Assembly: GCA_963749705.1 (NCBI GenBank) | Contig: CAVVNQ010000007.1 | Location: 1-64,000, forward strand | DNA from: an uncultured Chloroflexia bacterium | Lineage (GTDB): Bacteria; Chloroflexota; Limnocylindria; Limnocylindrales; CSP1-4 | Direction of reading: 5' to 3' | Length of the DNA stretch: 64,000 bases | Part shown: piece after piece, positions 18,378 to 28,422 of the stretch | How the letters are laid out: each line of letters starts with the position of its first letter | Numbering within the stretch: the first letter of the stretch is position 1 | The notes under the pieces: model-generated | What the model was told of the DNA's origin: nothing | What the model saw: only the letters and a program-made list of their open reading frames with translations | The model's database searches: none | Position numbers and translations under genes: made by a program

Positions 18378-19127
18378 TCAGCCCACCCGGGCGACGGCTG
18401 CCGCGTCCTCGACATCGAACCGGACATCGAGCGCATAGCGCGAGCCCGGATACCGCGACTCCGTCGCCTCGACCGTGCGACCGCGACTGTCGCTGATCAC
18501 GCGGCGCTCGACGAGCAGCGGCTCCCCGGGTGCGACGGCGAGGAGCTCGGCATCGTGCGCGCTGGCCGCCTCGGCCGTGATCGTCCCCTCGCCGCGTCGC
18601 AGGTGCCAGCCGCCGACGGCCAGCGCCTCGTGCAGCGACCCGGTCTCGAGGTCCGCGGCGAGCACGGCGTCGGCCGTCCGCCCGTCGAGGACGGCGGTCT
18701 CGATCACCATCGGCACGGTGTCCGCGAGACGCAGCCGCTCCACGACCACGACCGGCTCGGACGCGCTGAGGCCGAGGGCCGCTGCCTGATCGGGCGTGGC
18801 CGGGCGGACCTCCCGCGTGAGCAGCTGCGAGGTTGGGTTGCGACCCAGGCGCTCCATCTCGTGCGAGAACGCGAGCAGCCGGTCCGCGTAGCGATGCGCC
18901 GGCGGGGCGACGACGAACGACCCGCGGCCCGGGACCCGTCGGACGAGGCCTTCGTCGACGAGCCGCTGCATCGCGTTGCGGGCGGTCATCCGGCTGACCG
19001 TGAACTCGAGGCACAGGTCGGCGTCCGACGGCAGGCGGTCCCCGGGACGCATGGACGCGATCCGGACGCGCAGCGACTGCTCGATCTGGCGGTAGAACGG
19101 GACCCACGATTCCGGCCCGTGCGTCAT
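18378..19127 (-). CDS. GntR/HutC-family regulator with UTRA domain (DasR/NagR-like)
   Basis: FYRQIEQSL…GDRLPSDADLC..FTVSRMTARNA…PGRGSFV. UTRA part ERLRLAD…SLHEAL…ESRYPGSRY. Confidence 0.92.
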   Translation of the reverse strand: MTHGPESWVPFYRQIEQSLRVRIASMRPGDRLPSDADLCLEFTVSRMTARNAMQRLVDEGLVRRVPGRGSFVVAPPAHRYADRLLAFSHEMERLGRNPTSQLLTREVRPATPDQAAALGLSASEPVVVVERLRLADTVPMVIETAVLDGRTADAVLAADLETGSLHEALAVGGWHLRRGEGTITAEAASAHDAELLAVAPGEPLLVERRVISDSRGRTVEATESRYPGSRYALDVRFDVEDAAAVARVG

Positions 19128-20059
19128 GCGACGGCCCCCCGCTCGGCGCCGTGCACCGCCGCCCCGATCGACCCGGCCCACGTGCCGAGCTTCGCCGGCA
19201 CCACCGTCACGGCCTCGAGCGCGGTTGTCCGGACGCGCTGCTCGAGCTCCGCCCGGATCGGCGCGAACAGCAGCTCGCCGGCGGCGGCCACGCCGCCGCC
19301 CAGGACGACCCGGTCGGGCGCGATCACCGTGATCATGTTCGCGATCCCGATCCCCAGGTACCGCCCGATTGCGGCCAGCCCGGCCTGCGCCCGCGCATCG
19401 CCGCCGGCGGCCGCGCGGACCGCCGCCTCGGCGGTGTCCGTCCCGCACGCCGCGGCGATCTGATCCGCCCGGGCGTACGCCTCGAGACAGCCACGGTTGC
19501 CACAGCCGCACCACGGGCCGTCGGGGTCGATCGTCTGGTGGCCGATCTCGCCGGCCGTCCCATCGTGACCCAGGAGCACGACGCCCCCGATGGCGACGAC
19601 GCCGCCGACCCCCGTCCCCAAGGTCAGCCCGATCATCGTGCCGGCGCCGCGGCCGGCACCCAGCCGGAGCTCCGCGAGCCCGAACGCCCGGGCGTCGTTG
19701 ATCAGGAACGCGGGCACGCCCGCAGCGGCCGCCACCGGCGCGGCAACCGGGTGGTCCGCCCACGGCCCGGGGATGTTGACCAGGAAGCGCGTGGTCCCTG
19801 CCACCGGATCGTACAGCCCGGGCACCCCGATCCCGACGCTGAGCACCGGCCCCCATTCGTCGATGGCGACGGCCGCGACCTCGCCCAGCTGGGCCACGAC
19901 CGACGCCGGCACCGCGGCCGGATCGGGCACGAGGCGGGTGGGCACCTGCCCGTTGGCCAGCATGGTCCAGGCGCCCGCTTCATGCGCGACGACCGCCCAC
20001 TTGAGGTTGGTCGCGCCCAGGTCGAGGCCGAGGTGCCTGGTTGCGGCCTCGTGGGTCAT
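19124..20059 (-). CDS. ROK-family sugar kinase
   Basis: GLDLGATN, INDARA, TLGTGVGG, AGEIGH, CGCGNRGCLE. Confidence 0.93.
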   Translation of the reverse strand: MTHEAATRHLGLDLGATNLKWAVVAHEAGAWTMLANGQVPTRLVPDPAAVPASVVAQLGEVAAVAIDEWGPVLSVGIGVPGLYDPVAGTTRFLVNIPGPWADHPVAAPVAAAAGVPAFLINDARAFGLAELRLGAGRGAGTMIGLTLGTGVGGVVAIGGVVLLGHDGTAGEIGHQTIDPDGPWCGCGNRGCLEAYARADQIAAACGTDTAEAAVRAAAGGDARAQAGLAAIGRYLGIGIANMITVIAPDRVVLGGGVAAAGELLFAPIRAELEQRVRTTALEAVTVVPAKLGTWAGSIGAAVHGAERGAVA

Positions 20060-20079
20060 CTCAGGGCTCGATCCGCGGC

Positions 20080-21069
20080 TCAGGACTCGGCCGTCACGCG
20101 GGTGTAGGCGGCAGCGACGGCGACGATGATCGACCCGAACACGATCTGGCGCCACGGCTCGGGCAGGCCGAGGATCGTCAGCAGCGCCGTCAGCACGGTC
20201 AGGATCAGCGCGCCGAGCATGGTGCCGGTGAACGTGCCGCGCCCGCCCAGGATCGAGGTCCCGCCGATGACCGCGGCGGCGACCGAGGGCAGCATCTGCG
20301 ACTGGACGAGGGTGACGCTGGCCGTATTGCCAAGTCCCGAGTAGAGCAGACCGGCGATCCCGGCCAGGACGGCCGAGATCACGTACAGCACGATCAGCAC
20401 CTGCCAGGACCGCGCGCCGGACAGGCGCGCCGCGACCGGGTTGTCGCCGATGGCGAACAGCAGCCGACCGTAGCCGCTGCGTCGAAGGCCCAGGAGGATG
20501 ACCGCGGCGAGCGGGACGAACACGACCAGGCTGAACGGGATCACATCGGCCACAAAGCTGACACCCAGCGTCCGCAGCTCCGGCGGCACGCCCAATCCTG
20601 TCTGGACCATCTGCAGCTGCCACACGTTCGAGAAGCCGAGCACGACGAGGCCCATGCCCAGGGTCATGATCAGCGGGTGCACGCGGAAGATGCCGACACC
20701 GATGCCGCTGATCAGGCCCGCGATCCCGGCGACCACCAGCGTGACGAGGATCGCCAGGGGAACGCCCAGCGGCCCGACCAGCGTCGCGGTGACGAAGCCG
20801 GCCATCGACGCCACGTAGCCGACCGACAGGTCGATGCCGCCGGTCAGCATGGTCAGCGTCTGGCAGGCGGCAAGGATGGCGAGCGGGATCGCCGCCCGGG
20901 TGACGACGCCGATCCAGCCGGGCTGGACCGTCCCGGGCTGGCCGATCTCGACGGCGAGGATCAGGATCAGCAGCAGGCCGGTCAGCGGGACGAGCGGATA
21001 GTCGCGCAGGAGGTTGCGCATCGTCGCGAACGGGGAGCTGCGATCGGGGGCATTCACGGCGGCGCTCAT
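20080..21069 (-). CDS. Monosaccharide ABC transporter permease (RbsC-like)
   Basis: GGIDLSVG, GRLLFAIGDNPVAARLSG, AAAVIGGTSILGGRG. Confidence 0.92.
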   Translation of the reverse strand: MSAAVNAPDRSSPFATMRNLLRDYPLVPLTGLLLILILAVEIGQPGTVQPGWIGVVTRAAIPLAILAACQTLTMLTGGIDLSVGYVASMAGFVTATLVGPLGVPLAILVTLVVAGIAGLISGIGVGIFRVHPLIMTLGMGLVVLGFSNVWQLQMVQTGLGVPPELRTLGVSFVADVIPFSLVVFVPLAAVILLGLRRSGYGRLLFAIGDNPVAARLSGARSWQVLIVLYVISAVLAGIAGLLYSGLGNTASVTLVQSQMLPSVAAAVIGGTSILGGRGTFTGTMLGALILTVLTALLTILGLPEPWRQIVFGSIIVAVAAAYTRVTAES

Positions 21070-22073
21070 GTCCGGCTCCGCCGGATCTGGACCCAGCTAC
21101 CCACCATCAGCACTCCGATCAGGATGAAACCCTGGGCCACCAGCGCCATGTTGGAGTTGATGCTCAGGAAGGTCATGTCGGTCCGGATCAGCTGCAGGAT
21201 GAGGACGGCGATGATCGGGCCGAAGACGCCGCCCACGCCACCGGCCAGGCTGACGCCGCCGAGGACGATGGCGGCGATGCTGATCAGGGTGTAGGTCGGC
21301 TCCGGGACCGGCGTGCCGATCCCGGTGCTCGCGGTCAGGGCCAGCCCACCAAACGCGGCGAACAGGCCGCCGATCGCGTATGCCATGACCTTGGTCGGGC
21401 CGACGGCCACGCCGCTCCGGAACGCGGCGAGCGGGCTGCTGCCGATGGCATAGATCGACAGGCCCAGGTTCGAGCGCCTGATGGGGATCCAGACAACGAG
21501 GACGATGACCAGGATCACCAGCGCCGCCGTCGGCACCACGCTGATGCCGGTCGAGCCGACCACCAGGTCCTTGAGCCACGTCGCGGCACCACCGCCGGGC
21601 GACGGCCGGACGAGCAGCGCGAATCCCGACCAGACGAAGAAGGTTGCCAGGGTGACCACGATGTCCGGCACCTTGGTCAGCACCACGAGCGTGCCGTTGA
21701 TCGCGCCCATGAGCATGCCGAGGAGGAGGACGCCGATGACGATGGCGACGGCGAGCTCCTCGCTCTGGCCCTTCATCAGCTCCGCCGAGACCACGCTGGT
21801 GAGGGCCATCATCGAGGCGATCGAGAGGTCGATGCCGCCGGCGATGACGACGACCGCCTGCGCGACCGCCGCCATGACCAGCGGCAGGACCGAGACGGCC
21901 AGGCGCTGGACGCCCAGCGCGCCGTAGCCAGGCTGGATGACGTTGGTAAGGATCAGCAGCCCCGCGAAGAAGGCGAGCAGGCCGAGCGCCCAGGCGTTTC
22001 GCCGAGCGATCGTGGTCAGCGCCTCGCGCGGCCGGACGCGCAGGGCGTCGAGGGTTCCGTTCGTGACGCTCAT
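21066..22073 (-). CDS. Monosaccharide ABC transporter permease (RbsC-like)
   Basis: GGIDLSI, YAIGSS..AA..SG, AAIVLGGVSLAGGVG. Confidence 0.92.
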   Translation of the reverse strand: MSVTNGTLDALRVRPREALTTIARRNAWALGLLAFFAGLLILTNVIQPGYGALGVQRLAVSVLPLVMAAVAQAVVVIAGGIDLSIASMMALTSVVSAELMKGQSEELAVAIVIGVLLLGMLMGAINGTLVVLTKVPDIVVTLATFFVWSGFALLVRPSPGGGAATWLKDLVVGSTGISVVPTAALVILVIVLVVWIPIRRSNLGLSIYAIGSSPLAAFRSGVAVGPTKVMAYAIGGLFAAFGGLALTASTGIGTPVPEPTYTLISIAAIVLGGVSLAGGVGGVFGPIIAVLILQLIRTDMTFLSINSNMALVAQGFILIGVLMVGSWVQIRRSRT

Positions 22074-23590
22074 GCGCGGGTGCCAGCCATGGGCGCCGTC
22101 CCCTCTGCCGGCGACAGGTTGTGCGCCGCGCGGAGCAGTGTCGCCTCGTCGGCCGTTGCGGCATCCACCTCGGCAACGACCTGGCCGCCGAAGATGACGA
22201 TCGCACGGTCGCACACGAGCTGGATCTCCTTGAGCTCGGACGTGTACAGCAGGACCGCCGCGCCGGCTTCGGCGAGCTCGCGCAACAGGACGTAGATCTG
22301 CTGCTTGGTCCGGATGTCGATGCCGCGCGTCGGGTCGAAGCACAGCATCGTCCGGACGCCGCTTGCCACCCAACGCGCGATGGTGACCTTCTGCTGGTTG
22401 CCGCCCGACAGCCGTCGCACCTCGTTGCCCGCGCGGGCATCGATCTGCAGCTTCTCGACCGCGCCGTCGACCGTCCGGCGCTCCTCGCCCAGGTCGATCA
22501 GGCCCCAGCTGCGCAGCCGGGTGCGGAACGGCAGGGCGACATTTTCGCGGACGGAGCGCTGCATCAGGAGCGCCTCGGCCCGGTCCGCCGGCACGTACAC
22601 GAGCCCGGCGCGGATGGCGTCTGCAGGGTCCCGGAAGGTCGTGGGCTTGCCGTCCACGAGCAGCTGTCCCGCCGTGGGACGATCCGAGCCGGCCAGGATG
22701 TTGAACAGCTCGTCCTGGCCCTGACCATCGAGCGCAACGATGCCCAGCACCTCGCCCGGATGCAGGGAGAACGAGGCGTCCTGCAGCCGCCGGGTGGCGG
22801 CCAACCCGCGGGCCTCCACGCGTGGGGTGGCATCGCCCGGCCTGGCGGCGCCGCGGTCCTCGAACAGGCGTACCGGCATCCCCTTGATCTCGCCCAGCAT
22901 CAGCTCGACGATGCGCTCCTCGGAACCGGCGGTGATATCGACCACGCCGACGGTCTCTCCTTCGCGCAGGACGGTCGCCCGGTCGCACACGGCGGCGATC
23001 TCGATCATGCGGTGGGAGATGAAGATCACGGATCGATCGCCACCCCGCTGGCGGCCGATCACCTCGAGCACGCGCTCGGTGAGGTTGGCCGGCAGGGCGG
23101 CGGTCATCTCGTCCATCAGCAGCACGTCGGGCTCGATGGCCAGCGCGCGCGCGAGGTCGATGATTCGCAGCGAGGCCAGTGGCAGTCGTCGCGCCAGGCT
23201 CGCCATGTCGAGCTGCTCGAGACCGAGCTCGCTGACCCAGTGGCGGAAGGGCTCGATCGGCGTCCGTGTCAGCCGCAGGTTGGCGCCGATGTCGAGGTCG
23301 GGGATGAGTGATGGTTCCTGGTACACGGAGACCAGGCCGTTGCGGCGCGCCTCGGCCGGCGAGTGTGAGGTTCGCTCGCGTCCGCGGACGACAATGCGCC
23401 CGCTGTCGGGATGCACCGCGCCCGTCAGGATCTTGACCAGCGTGCTCTTGCCGGCGCCGTTGGCACCCAGCAGGGCGTGGACCTCGCCGGGACGCACCGC
23501 CAGCGATGCCGACGCGAGCGCGACGACCGCGCCATAGGTCTTGGAGATGCCGGTCGCCTCGAGCAGGAGATCGGTATGGGTGGACGTCAT
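22070..23590 (-). CDS. Monosaccharide ABC transporter ATP-binding protein (RbsA-like, two NBDs)
   Basis: GANGAGKST, LLMDE, LSGGNQQKV, DPTRGID. Confidence 0.94.
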   Translation of the reverse strand: MTSTHTDLLLEATGISKTYGAVVALASASLAVRPGEVHALLGANGAGKSTLVKILTGAVHPDSGRIVVRGRERTSHSPAEARRNGLVSVYQEPSLIPDLDIGANLRLTRTPIEPFRHWVSELGLEQLDMASLARRLPLASLRIIDLARALAIEPDVLLMDEMTAALPANLTERVLEVIGRQRGGDRSVIFISHRMIEIAAVCDRATVLREGETVGVVDITAGSEERIVELMLGEIKGMPVRLFEDRGAARPGDATPRVEARGLAATRRLQDASFSLHPGEVLGIVALDGQGQDELFNILAGSDRPTAGQLLVDGKPTTFRDPADAIRAGLVYVPADRAEALLMQRSVRENVALPFRTRLRSWGLIDLGEERRTVDGAVEKLQIDARAGNEVRRLSGGNQQKVTIARWVASGVRTMLCFDPTRGIDIRTKQQIYVLLRELAEAGAAVLLYTSELKEIQLVCDRAIVIFGGQVVAEVDAATADEATLLRAAHNLSPAEGTAPMAGTRA

Positions 23591-23610
23591 GGGCTCCTAC
23601 CGGGATGAGC

Positions 23611-23639
23611 GGGGGTCGCCGGCGGAGCCGGCGACCCCC
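23611..23639. terminator. Intercistronic stem-loop after the binding-protein gene
   Basis: GGGGGTCGCCGGC-GGA-GCCGGCGACCCCC, a perfect 13-bp stem. Confidence 0.6.
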
Positions 23640-23654
23640 ATTGGGCGGATCAGG

Positions 23655-24764
23655 CTATGCGCCCGAGCAGGACGACGGAACCGTCATCGGATCGTAGTCG
23701 GTCCAGCCGGGGATCGACAGGCTGAGCGGCCAGGTCGGGTCCATACCGGGGACCGAGACCCACGCCTTGAGATCAGCCTTGCCTTGGTCGGTCGTGTTGT
23801 CCAGGATCTGGGGGTCGAGCAGGATCGTGTTCGGGCGACCCGCGCCCGCGGTCTGCTCGACCGGATCGCCGTTGAGCAGCTTGTAGGCCAGGCTGACGCC
23901 TGCCCCGCCGACGGAGGCCGTGTTGGTCACGGCCGCGCCGACCAGGCCCGGGTAGTCGGTCGGGTTGAGGAGCTGTGCGACGAACGCACCGATGTCGGCA
24001 TCGGCGATCGGCACGAAGGGCTTGTTGGCGGCCTTGATGTCGTCAACGAGATAGTTGGCCATGCCCGATGCCCAGATGCCGTCGATCTGGTCGTACTGGC
24101 CGCTGGCGATGAAGTCGTTGCCCAGCTGCGTGGCGGTCGCCGGATCCCAGCCGGTGAACACGCCGGTGGCATCCGGGACGATCTTGATGTCCGGGTAGTC
24201 CTTGAGGACGTTCTTGAACCCGATGTCGCGGTCCGAGTCGGCCGGGTTGCCGGCGATCCCGCGGGTGTACCAGACGGTGCCCTTGCCGCCGAGCTGGTCG
24301 AACAGCCACTTGGCGCCGAGCTCGGCGTACTTGATCTGGTTGTTGTACAGGTTCCACGTGTTCGCGTCGGTCACGTAAGCGTCGACCGAGATCGTCACGA
24401 TGCCCGCGTCATGCGCCTCGGCCAGGGCCGGGTTCAGGGCGTCGGGATCGTTCGGGTTGAACACGATCGCGTTGACGTTCTTGGAGATCAGGTCGCGCAG
24501 GTCGGACAGCTGGCCGGCTGCGTCGGTGTTGCGGTGGATCACGGTGATCGAGGAGATCTTGTCCGTGCCCAGCGCCGTGCCTTCGGCCTTGGCGGTGCAG
24601 ACCTGCTCCTCGCGGAAGCCGTTGCCGACACCACCGGCGTTCGAGTACCCGATCGAGTACGGCGCGGTGGCCTTCGAAGTCCCACCCCCGCTGCCGCACG
24701 CACCCACGATGATCGCCATCGCTGTGAGGGCGACCAGGCCGCGGGCCATAGATAGATTCTTCAT
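23655..24764 (-). CDS. Sugar ABC transporter substrate-binding lipoprotein
   Basis: Lipobox IVGAC, IGYSN..GNGFREE, Peripla_BP_4-type fold. RBS AAGGAGG. Confidence 0.9.
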   Translation of the reverse strand: MKNLSMARGLVALTAMAIIVGACGSGGGTSKATAPYSIGYSNAGGVGNGFREEQVCTAKAEGTALGTDKISSITVIHRNTDAAGQLSDLRDLISKNVNAIVFNPNDPDALNPALAEAHDAGIVTISVDAYVTDANTWNLYNNQIKYAELGAKWLFDQLGGKGTVWYTRGIAGNPADSDRDIGFKNVLKDYPDIKIVPDATGVFTGWDPATATQLGNDFIASGQYDQIDGIWASGMANYLVDDIKAANKPFVPIADADIGAFVAQLLNPTDYPGLVGAAVTNTASVGGAGVSLAYKLLNGDPVEQTAGAGRPNTILLDPQILDNTTDQGKADLKAWVSVPGMDPTWPLSLSIPGWTDYDPMTVPSSCSGA

Positions 24765-24854
24765 GTGCTGCGTCTCCTCCTTGCGGCGGCCCGGGGCTCC
24801 AGGGTGGAGCCGGATCCGCCAGGCATGTTCACGTGGCCTTCGCTCGGCGTTACG

Positions 24855-25643
24855 TCATCCTCCTCCTCGCTGGTCGATCGCACGGGCGAGCCGCCGCGCA
24901 TGCTCTCGATAGGCCTCATCGAACAACGTCCGCGACCGATCCGCCCCAACGACGCTGGCACGCGTAAGCACGGGCGGCATCGCCTCCCGTTCCACGAGCA
25001 GCTCGGCGGTCCGGACCTTGATCGCGTTGACAATGGCGACAGCGGCCAGGGTGGACCCGGGCCCAACGGGGGTCATCAGCCCGCCAATGGTCACCATCGC
25101 GTCCGCGGGCGGGGTGCACAGGTCGAGGACGAGGTCCGCCTCGTCCAGCAGCCGCGCGCGGGCGGCGGGGCCGGCATCCCCCGACATCGACTGGGCCACC
25201 GACGTCACCGCGATCACCCGCAGGCCGCGCGCCCGCGCGCCGCGGGCCATCTCGACCGGCACCGCGGAGTGGCCGCCGGCGGAGAACACCATCATCACGT
25301 CGTGGGGCCCGAAGCTGTAGTTCGACAGGATCACCTCGGCCAGGCCCGGCATCCGCTCGATGAACATCGCCTGGCGCTGTCCGTTGGCGCCCACCACCTG
25401 GGTGTGGAACGTCATCGACAGCTCCACGATCGGATTGAACCCTGGATACGAGCCGTAGCGCGGGAACATCTCCTCGACCGGGATCCGGGAGTGCCCGGTG
25501 CCGAACAGGTGCACCAGCCCGTCGTTGGCGATCGCGTCCGCGCACCACTGGCTGGCCGTCTCGATCGCGTCGCCCTGGGTGGCGGCGATCCGTCCGAGCA
25601 CCTTGCCGGCCTCGTCCATCCAGGTCGATGCCGCGGTGGTCAC
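24855..25643 (-). CDS. SIS-domain sugar-phosphate isomerase-like protein (UPF0309 type)
   Basis: VHLFGTGHS..PVEEMFPRYG, FSAGG..AVPVEMA, PVGPGST. Confidence 0.88.
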   Translation of the reverse strand: MTTAASTWMDEAGKVLGRIAATQGDAIETASQWCADAIANDGLVHLFGTGHSRIPVEEMFPRYGSYPGFNPIVELSMTFHTQVVGANGQRQAMFIERMPGLAEVILSNYSFGPHDVMMVFSAGGHSAVPVEMARGARARGLRVIAVTSVAQSMSGDAGPAARARLLDEADLVLDLCTPPADAMVTIGGLMTPVGPGSTLAAVAIVNAIKVRTAELLVEREAMPPVLTRASVVGADRSRTLFDEAYREHARRLARAIDQRGGG

Positions 25644-26701
25644 GATGCCGCCGCCATCAGCGGGTCGTCGACCGCGACGCGCTCCCAGGAACCGCTGCGC
25701 ATCGACCGGTACGCGGCATCCAGGACCGCGTTGACCACGTAGCCGTCGCGGAACGTCTCGCGCGGCGGCCGCCCGGCGCGGAAGCTGTCGACGACGTCGG
25801 CCATCATCGCGTCGTGGCCATGGACCCGCACCTCGTCGGGCACCGGGAACACCCAGCCGGTGTCCGCGTCGGCCTTCTCGCCCAGGTAGCCGGCCGGTCG
25901 CTCGATGAACGCGCGCAGGGACCCGACGCTCATGTCCTCGATGAGCCTCCCCGCATCGCCGTAGGCCTCGAAGCGGCCCTCGAGCCCGCCCTTCGAGGAC
26001 CACGAGACGTCGCACGTCGCGGCGCGGCCATCCTCGAACCGGATCACCATCACCGCGTTGTCCTCGCCCCTCGTCCGCGCGCCGTGCACGAGGGTGTCGC
26101 CCCACGCGAACACCTCGCGGATGCCCAGGTCCTTGCCGAACAGGTACCGGGCGCACTCGGTGCCGTGCGAGGCCATGTCCAGGAGCGCGCCGCCGCCGGC
26201 CAGCTCCGCGTCCCAGAAGTGCGGGGCGTGCGGTCCGCTGTGGCCCTCGCGGGCCCGGAACGTGGTCAGCCGCCCGATCGCGCCCGCATCGATCATGTCC
26301 CGCATCCGCATCACGTCGTGGTTGAACACCACGTTCTCGAGATACGCGTTGAACACGCCGGCCTCGGTGACGGCGCGGAGCATGTCCGCTGCCTCCTCCG
26401 CGTTGCGGCCCAGCGGCTTGGTGCACGCGACGCCCTTGCCCGCCGCGGCGGCGGCCAGGACGGCCTCGCGGTGGAGGTGGTTGGGCAGCGAGACGACGAC
26501 CAGGTCCACCTCGGGATCCGCGCACAGCGCCGCGATCGAATCGAACGGACGGCTGCCGAACCGCCGGGCGAAGGCGTCGCGCCGTTCCGCACCCGCGCCG
26601 AAGTTGGCGACGACGTGGGCGTCGGGCACGTAGCGCAGGCCGAGCGTGTGGAACTCGCCGATGAACCCCGAGCCGAGCATCCCCACGCCCACGGACCGCA
26701 T
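25640..26701 (-). CDS. Gfo/Idh/MocA-family oxidoreductase
   Basis: GMLGSGFIG, LPNHLH, CTKPL, GGGALLDMASH. Confidence 0.92.
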   Translation of the reverse strand: MRSVGVGMLGSGFIGEFHTLGLRYVPDAHVVANFGAGAERRDAFARRFGSRPFDSIAALCADPEVDLVVVSLPNHLHREAVLAAAAAGKGVACTKPLGRNAEEAADMLRAVTEAGVFNAYLENVVFNHDVMRMRDMIDAGAIGRLTTFRAREGHSGPHAPHFWDAELAGGGALLDMASHGTECARYLFGKDLGIREVFAWGDTLVHGARTRGEDNAVMVIRFEDGRAATCDVSWSSKGGLEGRFEAYGDAGRLIEDMSVGSLRAFIERPAGYLGEKADADTGWVFPVPDEVRVHGHDAMMADVVDSFRAGRPPRETFRDGYVVNAVLDAAYRSMRSGSWERVAVDDPLMAAAS

Positions 26702-27441
26702 CAGTAGCTGCCGTCCGCCGTCGCTGCGGTCGTCCCGCGGCTTTCGCCCGCCTTGCGGGCGCGGAAGTCGAGGATGATCGTCTCGGTCGCGGTGGCGCCG
26801 ATCCGGGTCACGCCCAGCTCCATCACGGCGATCAGCGCGTCGAGGGTGCGCACGCCGCCCGCGGCCTTGACCCGGATGTGGGGCGAGGTGTTGGCGCGCA
26901 TCAGGCGCAGGTCGTCATGGGTGGCGCCCGACGGTGCGAACCCGGTGCTGGTCTTGACGAAGTCGGCCCCGGCGGCCTCCGACAGGTGGCAGGCCCGGAC
27001 CTTCTCGTCGTTCGTCAGGTAGGCGTTCTCGAAGATGACCTTGACGATGGCGCCGTTGGCGTGGGCGAGGTCGACGATGGCGGCGATGTCCGCCTGGACA
27101 TCGGCGTCGCGGCCCGACTTGAGCGCCCCGATCTGGAGCACCATGTCCAGCTCCGTGGCACCGTCCGCGAGCGCCTGGGTCGCCTCGAACACCTTGGTCT
27201 CGGTGCGGTGGTTGCCGTGCGGGAAGCCGATCGTGGTGCCCACCGCGACGTCGGTGCCGGCGAGCAGCTCCCGCGCCCGGCGGACATCGGCCGGCCGGAC
27301 GCACACGGATGCGACGTCGTACTTCGCCGCCAGGCGGCAGCCGGCCTCGATGAACGCGTCATCGAGCTCGGGCCGGAGCAGGGAGTGATCGATCGTCTTG
27401 GCGATGTCACGCTCGGTGAGGGTGTCGATCGAGAGGGTCAT
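26701..27441 (-). CDS. deoC: Deoxyribose-phosphate aldolase
   Basis: IDHSLLRP, IGFPHG, ELDMV, VKVIFE, FVKTSTGF, KAAGGVR. Alternative start at 27462. Confidence 0.93.
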   Translation of the reverse strand: MTLSIDTLTERDIAKTIDHSLLRPELDDAFIEAGCRLAAKYDVASVCVRPADVRRARELLAGTDVAVGTTIGFPHGNHRTETKVFEATQALADGATELDMVLQIGALKSGRDADVQADIAAIVDLAHANGAIVKVIFENAYLTNDEKVRACHLSEAAGADFVKTSTGFAPSGATHDDLRLMRANTSPHIRVKAAGGVRTLDALIAVMELGVTRIGATATETIILDFRARKAGESRGTTAATADGSY

Positions 27442-27461
27442 GGGGATCCCTGGAGTGCCCA

Positions 27462-28376
27462 TCAGCGGCAGTACGGCCGGAGCACGTCGCGGGCGATCAG
27501 GAAGCCCTGCTTGACCTTGTCGTCGGTTCCCTCGAACCGCCGGTCCTCGTGCTCGATGATGCAGTCGCCCTCGAACCCCTGGCGGTAGAGCTCGGAGAAC
27601 ACGACCGTCCAGTCGACCTCACCCAGCCCGGGGATGCGCGGGACCTGCCAGCCCATGCCCATGCTGAAGATGCCGCGCTCGTACAGCCCGTCGCGGTCGA
27701 TCATCAGGTCCTTGGCCTGGTAGTGGAGGACGTGCGCCCCGAACTCCTTGAGGAACCGGCGGGTGTCGATCATCTGGAGCACGAGGTGGCTGGGGTCGAA
27801 GTTGAGCCCGATCGTGCCGCCCCACTGTTCCAGGATCCGACGCCACATCCGGGGCGTGGTTGCGATGTTGTGGCCACCCGGCCACTCGTCGTAGCTGAAC
27901 AGCATCGGGCAGTTCTCGAGCGTGATCTTCCGCCCGTGGTCCTGCGCGAACTTCACGATGTCGGGCCACACCTCGAGCGCCGACTCCCAGTTCTGGTCCT
28001 CGTTCTTCGTCCCGTCGCCGCCCATGAACGTGTTGACCAGCGGCACGCCCATCTTCTCGGCCGCGGTGATGACGTGCCTGAGGTGGCCGATCACCTGCTC
28101 GCGATGGGCGGGGTCGGGGTGGAGCGGGTTGGGGTAGTAGCCCAGGCCGGAGATCGAGAGCCCCTTGGCGGTGAGCGCGCCCACGATCTCGGTCGCCTGC
28201 GTCGCGGACAGGTTGGTCACGTCGATGTGGCTGGTGCCCGCGTAGCGCCGGGTGTCGCCGCCCGACGCCGGCCAGCACGCGATCTCGAGGACCTCGAAAC
28301 CGGCGCCGGCAGCCCAGTCGGCAACCTCCATGAGCGGCGTGTCCGGGAATGGGGCGGTCAGGAAACCGAGCTTCAT
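27462..28376 (-). CDS. Sugar phosphate isomerase/epimerase (xylose-isomerase-like TIM barrel)
   Basis: LENCPM, GLNFDPSH, HYQAKD, PGLGEVDW, IEHED. Confidence 0.9.
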   Translation of the reverse strand: MKLGFLTAPFPDTPLMEVADWAAGAGFEVLEIACWPASGGDTRRYAGTSHIDVTNLSATQATEIVGALTAKGLSISGLGYYPNPLHPDPAHREQVIGHLRHVITAAEKMGVPLVNTFMGGDGTKNEDQNWESALEVWPDIVKFAQDHGRKITLENCPMLFSYDEWPGGHNIATTPRMWRRILEQWGGTIGLNFDPSHLVLQMIDTRRFLKEFGAHVLHYQAKDLMIDRDGLYERGIFSMGMGWQVPRIPGLGEVDWTVVFSELYRQGFEGDCIIEHEDRRFEGTDDKVKQGFLIARDVLRPYCR

Positions 28377-28422
28377 CGCGGCTGTTCCTCCGGGATGCGG
28401 CAGGCTGGATGGTGGTGGCTGG